From: Limisphaerales bacterium
Lineage (GTDB): Bacteria > Verrucomicrobiota > Verrucomicrobiia > Limisphaerales > JADLHS01
NCBI GenBank assembly: GCA_044225555.1
Contig: JBGAIM010000006.1
Location: forward strand, 200,018 to 264,017
Length of the DNA stretch: 64,000 nt
Direction: 5' to 3'
A program made the translations under genes and the position numbers. Under the pieces are notes generated by a model. The model was given only the letters and a program-made list of their open reading frames with translations. It had not been told where the DNA came from and searched no databases. Below, piece by piece: positions 57,465 to 64,000 of the stretch. The number at the start of each line of letters is the position of its first letter. Within the stretch, counting starts at the first letter, position 1.

Positions 57465-57875
57465 TCAGTGCTTGCAGCCGCAACCGTGGCCACAGGAACC
57501 TTCCAGATCCTCCGCCGAAGGCAGGCGACCCAGTTCCAGTGTCTTGCTGATTTGCGTCTGGATTGCTTCCTGCAAGTGATGCAGCGCTTCCTGCGCATCG
57601 AGGAAGCCGCGCGCCACCGGATTGTTCAGCACGGCCTCGCGATGTTTCTCGAATTCACCGATCTCCTCGCCGCTCAGGGGCAGGGAACGATGTTGCTTCT
57701 CGTGCAACGCCTGGCCCTTGGCCATGAGCGATTCGTAATCCGAGCGGGACTTCGCGTCCGCCATGAAGCTGTCAATATTCTTGCGGATGGAACCCATACC
57801 CGGCTGGGCGAGAATGGTGGAGCAAAGCTCGCGGGTTTTATCAACGACCGTCTTTGATTCGGCTTCAGTCAGCAT
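57465..57875 (-). CDS. YlbF/YmcA-like family protein with C-terminal CGHGCGC cluster
   Basis: Helical protein with a pattern resembling Com_YlbF (F..D..A...Y..L..K...L..KQ...L...E....E......NP....F..A). Ends GSCGHGCGCKH. Confidence 0.5.
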   Translation of the reverse strand: MLTEAESKTVVDKTRELCSTILAQPGMGSIRKNIDSFMADAKSRSDYESLMAKGQALHEKQHRSLPLSGEEIGEFEKHREAVLNNPVARGFLDAQEALHHLQEAIQTQISKTLELGRLPSAEDLEGSCGHGCGCKH

Positions 57876-58014
57876 AATTGTTTTTGGGGAGACCGTGGTT
57901 CCGGCATCCGCGCAGCGAGATTAAACCACAGGCCCTGCACTGACGCAAACGAACTTTGCCATGCGCCGCCGGCCCGTGCTTGTCCCGTTTGCCGGACTTC
58001 ACTAACTTGAAGCC

Positions 58015-59214
58015 ATGCCGAACTTCCGCAAAACCTTGGCGCGCCGGAAATTGTATGTCGGCCTCATGTCCGGCACCTCGGCGGATGGGATTGACGCCGT
58101 GGTGCTGGAACTATCCGGGAGTGGCCGCGGTCTGCGCGCCAACCTGCTGGCGCATGTTCACCAGGATTTCACGCCCGCCTTTCGTCGCCGCGTGCTGGCG
58201 GCGTGCCTGCATGGGACCGTGGCAGAAATTTGCGAACTCAATTTCGTGCTCGGTGAACATTTCGCCCGCGCTGCACTTGCGGCGATTCGGCGCGCCGGAT
58301 TGAAGCCGTCGCAAATCACGGCCATTGGCTCGCATGGACAAACCGTGCATCACCTGCCGAATGCGCAAACCCGGTCCACGTTGCAGATCGGCGAACCCAG
58401 CGTCATCGCCGAGCGGACAGGTATCACCACCGTGGCGGACTTTCGTGTGCGCGATGTGGCGGCGGGTGGGCAGGGCGCGCCGCTGGTGCCATACGCCGAT
58501 TGGGCGCTGTTCACCGATCCCGCCCGACCCCGGATCATTCAGAACATCGGAGGCATTGGGAATCTCACCTTCCTTCCACCCCGTGCGGAACTGAAAGACG
58601 TGATCGCCTTCGACACTGGGCCCGGCAACATGGTCATGGATGCGGTCGTGACGACTTTGAGTCATGGCAAACTGACGTTTGACCGGGACGGGCGTTGGGC
58701 GGCACAAGGGAAGGTTTCGGAAAAGCTGCTAAAGGAGTGCCTGAGACATCCTTTTCTCCGCCGCCGCCCTCCCAAGACCACCGGTCGCGAGGAGTTCGGC
58801 GATCCGTTTGTGCGGCGGTTTCTGGGACAAGCAAAGCGGCTGCGACTGCGGGAGGCTGACATCGTTGCCACGGCCACGGCATTGACGGCTGGGTCGATTG
58901 CCGATGCCTACCGGCGTTTTGTTTTTCCGAGAATCAAACCGACACTACTGCCACGCCTGCAAATCATCCTCGGCGGCGGCGGCGCCCGGAACTTGACCTT
59001 GGTGCGGATGCTCGAAGTTCAGGTTGGAGTTGGTGAACTTTGTGTCCACGAAGATTTCGGCATTGATAGTTCAGCCAAGGAACCTCTGGCATTCGCCATC
59101 CTTGCCCAGGCCACGTTGTCCGGGCAACCCGGCAATGTTCCCGCCGCCACCGGCGCGCGGCGGGCGGTGGTGCTGGGGAAGATTGTTGCCGGGGTGAAAT
59201 TCAAATGTGGTTGA
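58015..59214 (+). CDS. anmK: Anhydro-N-acetylmuramic acid kinase
   Basis: YVGLMSGTSADGIDAVV, GSHGQTVHH, TLQIGEPSVIAERTGITTVADFR, GGQGAPLVP, DTGPGNMVMD, PKTTGREEF. Confidence 0.93.
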   Translation: MPNFRKTLARRKLYVGLMSGTSADGIDAVVLELSGSGRGLRANLLAHVHQDFTPAFRRRVLAACLHGTVAEICELNFVLGEHFARAALAAIRRAGLKPSQITAIGSHGQTVHHLPNAQTRSTLQIGEPSVIAERTGITTVADFRVRDVAAGGQGAPLVPYADWALFTDPARPRIIQNIGGIGNLTFLPPRAELKDVIAFDTGPGNMVMDAVVTTLSHGKLTFDRDGRWAAQGKVSEKLLKECLRHPFLRRRPPKTTGREEFGDPFVRRFLGQAKRLRLREADIVATATALTAGSIADAYRRFVFPRIKPTLLPRLQIILGGGGARNLTLVRMLEVQVGVGELCVHEDFGIDSSAKEPLAFAILAQATLSGQPGNVPAATGARRAVVLGKIVAGVKFKCG

Positions 59215-59268
59215 GTTATCCCGCCGTTGATTTCACATTCAGCGGCGTTTAGCATCCCATCTGGAACT

Positions 59269-60369
59269 ATGGCAACACTGCAAATCAGGCCCACTGACTC
59301 CTGCAAATACGACCTCTTGTCACTCGGCGAAATCATGTTGCGGCTTGATCCGGGCGAGGGGCGCATCCGCACGACGCGCGCCTTCAAGGTCTGGGAGGGC
59401 GGGGGAGAATACAACGTCGCGCGCGGACTGCGCCGCTGTTTCGGCTTGCGCACCGCCGTGGCCACGGCGTTTGCGGACAATGAAGTGGGCCGGTTGCTGG
59501 AAGATTTCATTTTGCAGGGCGGGGTCAGCACCGAATTCATCAAGTGGCTGCCCTTCGATGGCGTCGGGCGGGTCACGCGCAATGGACTGAACTTCACGGA
59601 GCGCGGCTTTGGTGTGCGTGGGGCGGTGGGTGTTTCGGATCGCGGCCACACGGCGGCTAGTCAGCTCAAGGCGGGTGACTTCGATTGGGATCACATCTTC
59701 GGCAAACTCGGCGTGCGCTGGCTGCACACGGGCGGCATCTTTGCCGCGCTCAGCGACACGACACCGCATCTTGTCATTGAAGCCGTGAAAGCCGCCAACA
59801 AGCACGGCACGATTGTCAGCTACGATTTGAACTATCGTCCGAGTCTCTGGAAATCCATCGGTGGCCAGAAGCGCGCGCAGGAAGTGAACAAGGAGATCGC
59901 GAAGTACGTGGACGTGATGATCGGCAACGAGGAGGACTTCACGGCCTGTCTCGGATTTCACGTCGAAGGCGCAGACGAGAATCTCCTCCACATCGACGTG
60001 AGCGCGTTCAAACGCATGATCGAGACGGCCGTGAAGGCATTTCCCAACTTCAAAGCTACCGCCACCACGTTGCGCGCCGCCAAGACCGCCACCATCAACG
60101 ATTGGGCGGCAATCGCGTGGTACGGCGGCAAATTCTTCGAGAGCCGGAAGTATTCTGATCTGGAGATTCTCGATCGCGTCGGCGGCGGCGATAGTTTTGC
60201 CTCTGGTTTTATCTACGGCCTGATGACCACGGGCGATCCACAAAAGGCCGTGGACTACGGCGCAGCCCACGGCGCACTGGCCATGACCACGCCCGGCGAT
60301 ACGTCCATGGCGGACAAGATCGAGGTCGAGAAATTAATGAAAGGCGGTGGCGCGCGGGTGCAGCGCTAG
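59269..60369 (+). CDS. PfkB family sugar kinase (2-keto-3-deoxygluconate kinase-like)
   Basis: DLLSLGEIMLRLDP...GGGEYNVARGL N-terminus and C-terminal DRVGGGDSFASGFIYG (PfkB signature 2). The upstream ATG at 59227 is an alternative start. Confidence 0.75.
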   Translation: MATLQIRPTDSCKYDLLSLGEIMLRLDPGEGRIRTTRAFKVWEGGGEYNVARGLRRCFGLRTAVATAFADNEVGRLLEDFILQGGVSTEFIKWLPFDGVGRVTRNGLNFTERGFGVRGAVGVSDRGHTAASQLKAGDFDWDHIFGKLGVRWLHTGGIFAALSDTTPHLVIEAVKAANKHGTIVSYDLNYRPSLWKSIGGQKRAQEVNKEIAKYVDVMIGNEEDFTACLGFHVEGADENLLHIDVSAFKRMIETAVKAFPNFKATATTLRAAKTATINDWAAIAWYGGKFFESRKYSDLEILDRVGGGDSFASGFIYGLMTTGDPQKAVDYGAAHGALAMTTPGDTSMADKIEVEKLMKGGGARVQR

Positions 60370-63300
60370 ACCTTGGCTGCGGTTGACTCTTTCCCTTTGA
60401 ACACGGTGTAGAGCGCCGGCAACACCAGCAAGGTCAGCAGCGTGTTCGTAAAAATGCCGCCGATGACGACCGTCGCCAACGGGCGTTGAACCTCGCCACC
60501 CACACCGACGTTGACTGCCATCGGGATGAAGCCCACCGCCGCCACCAAGGCTGTCATCAGCACCGGACGCAACCGCACGAGGCAACCTTCGCGCACGGCT
60601 TGCTCCAACGGCGAACCCTCATCGAGCTTTTGCTTGATGAACGTCACCAGCACGAGGCCGTTAAGAATCGCCACGCCGCTCAACGCGATGAAACCGATGG
60701 CGGAACTCACCGTGAACGGCAGGTCGCGCAGCCACAACGCCAGCACGCCGCCCACCAAACCCAGCGGAATTCCCGAGGCCACAATGAGCACCTCGCGCAG
60801 TGTTTTCAGACTGAAGAACAGCAACACAAAGATCAGCGCCAGTGCCATCGGCACCACGAATATGAGCTTCCGGTTCGCGCGTTCCATGTTCTCGAACTGC
60901 CCGCCCCATTCGATGGTGTAACCTTCGGGCAGCCTCACCTGCGCCGCGATCTTCGCGCGCCCTTCGGCGACGAAGCTCTTCACGTCACGCCCGCGCACGT
61001 TGCATTGCACGGTGACTCGCCGCTTGCCCCACTCGCGGTTGATGGTGGACGGCCCTTCCATCTCGGTGATCTTGGCCACTTGATTCAACGGCAACACCGG
61101 CCCGGCGGTCGTGGGAATGAGCGTAGCCGCCAGTGCGTCCGGGTCTGTGCGTTGCCGGTCCGGCAACCGCACTACCAAAGGGAAGCGCCGCTGTCCTTCG
61201 CGCACCTCTCCCACCCGCCGCGAGCCAACCGCTTCGACGACATTAAGCACATTGCGCGTCGGCACGCCGTAACGCGCAATGGCCTGTGAGTCAACGCGGA
61301 CTTGCAGAAAAGTCTGTCCAGTCAGTTGTTCGACGGAGGCTTCGCTCGCACCGCGGGTCCCGGCCAGCACGGCTTGCACTTCGCCGCCCAACCGGCGTAG
61401 TTCCTCCAGATCATCGCCATACACTTTGATGGCCACGTCGCCGCGCACGCCGGCGATCATCTCGTTCAACCGCATCTCGATGGGTTGGCTGAACGCGGGC
61501 TTGAGTCCTGGCACCTGGTTTAGAATGTCGCGCATCTTCTCGGTTAACTCCGTTTGCGTGCGCGCCTTCCTCCATTGCCCGCGCGGTTTGAGTGCCAGAA
61601 AGAAATCCGCGAGTTCCACGCCCATTGGATCAGTGGCCACCTCCGCTGTGCCCAAGCGCGTCCAGATGTGCTCGATCTCATCCGGAAACGCTGCCATCAA
61701 TACCCGCTCGATTCGGTCATTTTGCGCCACCGCTTCGTCCACGGAAATGCCCGCCAACCGGACCGTGGTGCCGACAATCGCGCCTTCGCCCAGCTTCGGC
61801 AGAAACTCCCCGCCCAATCGCGAAGCGACCAGCACCGTGCCGATGAACAATGCCAGAGCGCCCAGCAAAGTCAGTTTGCGAAACCGCAACGCGAAGCCCA
61901 GGGCCGGCTCGTAAATCCGATGGGCCAGCCGCACCAGCCACGGCTCCGTTTCTTTGACCTGCTTGGGCAGAATCAGCGACGTCAATACCGGCGTCAACGT
62001 GAGCGCGAGAATCAGCGAGCCGAGCAGCGCGAAGATGAGTGTCAGCGCCATCGGCTTGAACAGTTTTCCTTCGATACCTTCCAGGGTGAGGATGGGAAGG
62101 AACACAATCATGATGATGCCCACGCCGAAGGCCACGGGCCGCGCCACTTCCAAAGGCGCGAGGTGGAGGACATGTCTTCGCTCCTCATCCGTCAAGGGCC
62201 TACCGAGCTTGTGTTGTTTCTCTGCCAGGCGGCGCATGGTGTTTTCCACCATCACCACTGCGCCGTCCACGATGAGGCCGAAGTCCACCGCTCCGAGGCT
62301 CAAGAGACTCGCCGCAATGCCCGCCTGCAACATGAAGTTACCGGCAAACAACATCGAAAGCGGAATCGCCACGGCTACGATCAAGCCAGCCCGCAGGTTG
62401 CCGAGGAACGCAAATAGGATCGCGACGACCAGGAGCGCGCCGGCCAGCAGGTTGTGTTCGACGGTGCGAATGACGTTGTCCACCAATTCTGTCCGGTCAT
62501 AGAGCACCTCCAGTTTTACATCCGGCGGCAGGAACTTTTGCACTTCCGCCAATTTATCCTTGAGCGCGTGCGTCACCACGGCGCTGTTCTCGCCCATCAG
62601 CATGAAGCCCAGCCCCAGCACGGCTTCACCGCGGCCATCCGCCGTTACTGCGCCGCGCCGGATTTCGTGATCCTCCTTCACCGTTGCGACATCCCGGACG
62701 CGCACGGGGGTTCCGTCATGACTGGCAATAACGATGTTACCAATCTCCTGGAGGTTGGTTGTCAACCCAACGCCATGGACCAGCAGTGATTCACCACTGC
62801 GGATGATCTGGCCACCACCCACGTTTTGGTTGTTCGCCTGCAATGCCTCGACCAGTTCCTCGAACGTGAGCCGGTATTTGATCAGCCGGTCGGTTTCCAC
62901 CACCACATGGAATTGTTTTTCGAATCCGCCCCAGGTGTTCACCTCGGCCACGCCGGGCACTTTGCGTAATTCCGGTTTAACCACCCAGTCCTGGAGCGTG
63001 CGTAATTCTGTCGGCGTGCGATTGGTGTCGGTGGAGCGAACCAGGTAATGAAAGACCTCACCCAGGCCGGTGGCGATTGGTCCGAGCTGCGGCCGTTCCA
63101 GGCCCTCCGGCAATTCCACCGTCTGGAGGCGTTCCATGATGAGTTGCCGCGCTTTGAAGATGTTCATGGTGTCGTCGAAAGTGGCGACGACTTGCGACAG
63201 GCCGAACTTCGAAATGGAGCGTACGTTTTGCAGACCCGGCAATCCGCTGATGGCCAGTTCCACCGGCACGGTGATTTGCGCCTCCGTTTCCTGCGGATTC

Positions 63301-63467
63301 AATGCCGCCACCGTGGTGTTGATTTGCACCTGCACCGGGGTCGTATCCGGGAAGGCGTCAATCGGTAGAATGCTCAGGCTGCGTCCACCAATGACAACCA
63401 GCCCCGCCGCCAGAATGCAGACCAGCAGGCGGTTCTTGAGCGAGAAGGTGATAATCCAGTTAAGCAT
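60366..63467 (-). CDS. Heavy-metal efflux RND transporter, CusA/CzcA family
   Basis: 1033 aa. N-terminus MLNWIITFSLKNRLLVCILAAGLVVIGG, 12-TM RND architecture and HME-type blocks (DAFPDTTPVQVQI, VDGAVVMVEN). Confidence 0.9.
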   Translation of the reverse strand: MLNWIITFSLKNRLLVCILAAGLVVIGGRSLSILPIDAFPDTTPVQVQINTTVAALNPQETEAQITVPVELAISGLPGLQNVRSISKFGLSQVVATFDDTMNIFKARQLIMERLQTVELPEGLERPQLGPIATGLGEVFHYLVRSTDTNRTPTELRTLQDWVVKPELRKVPGVAEVNTWGGFEKQFHVVVETDRLIKYRLTFEELVEALQANNQNVGGGQIIRSGESLLVHGVGLTTNLQEIGNIVIASHDGTPVRVRDVATVKEDHEIRRGAVTADGRGEAVLGLGFMLMGENSAVVTHALKDKLAEVQKFLPPDVKLEVLYDRTELVDNVIRTVEHNLLAGALLVVAILFAFLGNLRAGLIVAVAIPLSMLFAGNFMLQAGIAASLLSLGAVDFGLIVDGAVVMVENTMRRLAEKQHKLGRPLTDEERRHVLHLAPLEVARPVAFGVGIIMIVFLPILTLEGIEGKLFKPMALTLIFALLGSLILALTLTPVLTSLILPKQVKETEPWLVRLAHRIYEPALGFALRFRKLTLLGALALFIGTVLVASRLGGEFLPKLGEGAIVGTTVRLAGISVDEAVAQNDRIERVLMAAFPDEIEHIWTRLGTAEVATDPMGVELADFFLALKPRGQWRKARTQTELTEKMRDILNQVPGLKPAFSQPIEMRLNEMIAGVRGDVAIKVYGDDLEELRRLGGEVQAVLAGTRGASEASVEQLTGQTFLQVRVDSQAIARYGVPTRNVLNVVEAVGSRRVGEVREGQRRFPLVVRLPDRQRTDPDALAATLIPTTAGPVLPLNQVAKITEMEGPSTINREWGKRRVTVQCNVRGRDVKSFVAEGRAKIAAQVRLPEGYTIEWGGQFENMERANRKLIFVVPMALALIFVLLFFSLKTLREVLIVASGIPLGLVGGVLALWLRDLPFTVSSAIGFIALSGVAILNGLVLVTFIKQKLDEGSPLEQAVREGCLVRLRPVLMTALVAAVGFIPMAVNVGVGGEVQRPLATVVIGGIFTNTLLTLLVLPALYTVFKGKESTAAKV

Positions 63468-63494
63468 GTAATTGGGTGAATTGTGGCAAGACCC

Positions 63495-64000
63495 TCAATC
63501 ATCGGCACAACCCGCGCCCAAGCGTGACATCAGCATCGCCGACTTGAGGGCGAATGCATGGGTCACCGCGATTTGGTCCTGTGTTGTTATGCCGGTCAGC
63601 ACTTCCTGTCGTCCGTCGAACTTCGCGCCGAGCGTCACGGCCCGGGCGTCGAACAAATCCTCCTCCAGCTTCACAAACACGAACGGCCTGCCCTCGACAT
63701 GTTGGATGGCCGACGGCGGCACGAGCATCGCCCCGTCCGCCTGGCGCGTGAAAATTCGCGCGGTGGCAAACATCTTGTCCTTGAGCGCGCGATCCGGATT
63801 GGCAAACTCCGCGCGAGCACGGGCCATTCGCGTGCGTTCATCCACCGCCGGGCCAATCCAGGTCAGCTTGCCGGTGAACACCTTGCCCGGGAGTGAATCC
63901 ACTCGCAGTTCGACGGTTTGACCCGCTTGCACCTTTGCCAGCGTCGCCTCCGGCACTTGGAGCATGGCCCACACCGTCGAATGATCCACCAAAGTAAAGA
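63495..64000 (-). CDS. Efflux RND periplasmic adaptor (CusB/CzcB, HlyD family), 5'-truncated by window edge
   Basis: C-terminal beta-barrel/MP-proximal region (VPEATLAKVQAGQTVELRV..LPGKVFTGKLTWIGPAVDERTR...VPPSAIQHVEGRPFVFV). Lies 27 nt upstream of the RND pump, and the ORF continues past position 64000. Confidence 0.8.
   Translation of the reverse strand, partial: FTLVDHSTVWAMLQVPEATLAKVQAGQTVELRVDSLPGKVFTGKLTWIGPAVDERTRMARARAEFANPDRALKDKMFATARIFTRQADGAMLVPPSAIQHVEGRPFVFVKLEEDLFDARAVTLGAKFDGRQEVLTGITTQDQIAVTHAFALKSAMLMSRLGAGCADD

Noticed and set aside
60366-60369. Convergent PfkB kinase and RND pump genes share a palindromic CTAG, giving TAG stops on both strands
   Set aside because: This is a curiosity of tight packing. 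It has no functional implication I can support.

Overview
GC-rich chromosomal segment. Its gene content points to a Verrucomicrobiota (PVC) genome: there are three H-X9-DG prepilin-like proteins, two PEP-CTERM tails and an autotransporter-associated beta-strand repeat protein. This assignment is an inference. No database searches were run, and all family names come from motif recognition.

Housekeeping genes present: gcvT (5' partial), a lipid-A block around lpxB, the F1Fo ATP synthase operon, an IHF/HU gene, hisS, cls, anmK, and tRNA-Phe and tRNA-Glu.

Three accessory blocks sit between them:
1. A ~10.7 kb metal-handling island (5813-16545). It carries an outer-membrane (OM) barrel, a ZnuA-like binding protein and a ZnuB-like permease with no ZnuC ATPase. 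It also carries a tandem His/Cys-module lipoprotein, two paralogous small Cys/His proteins and a perfect 21-bp palindrome. The rest is a pseudopilin-like protein, two choice-of-anchor-M-like surface proteins, an ABC-2 pair, a TPR protein and a Fur-family regulator. This is my best candidate for an undescribed system.
2. A fucose/fucosylated-glycan locus (26571-48577). It has a GH95-like gene, AraC, fucI-fucU-fucP, a histidine kinase and response regulator, large secreted beta-helix/GH2/GH95 enzymes, and embedded H-X9-DG genes.
3. A CusA/CzcA-type RND efflux pair at the 3' edge.

Two conserved genes look structurally abnormal. atpB is split or frameshifted and lacks the TM2-TM3 loop. fucI lacks a conserved ~32-aa block but stays in frame.

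I saw no CRISPR array, transposase, integrase, prophage or recognisable defence gene. Many long antisense ORFs in the track are GC-rich shadow frames.
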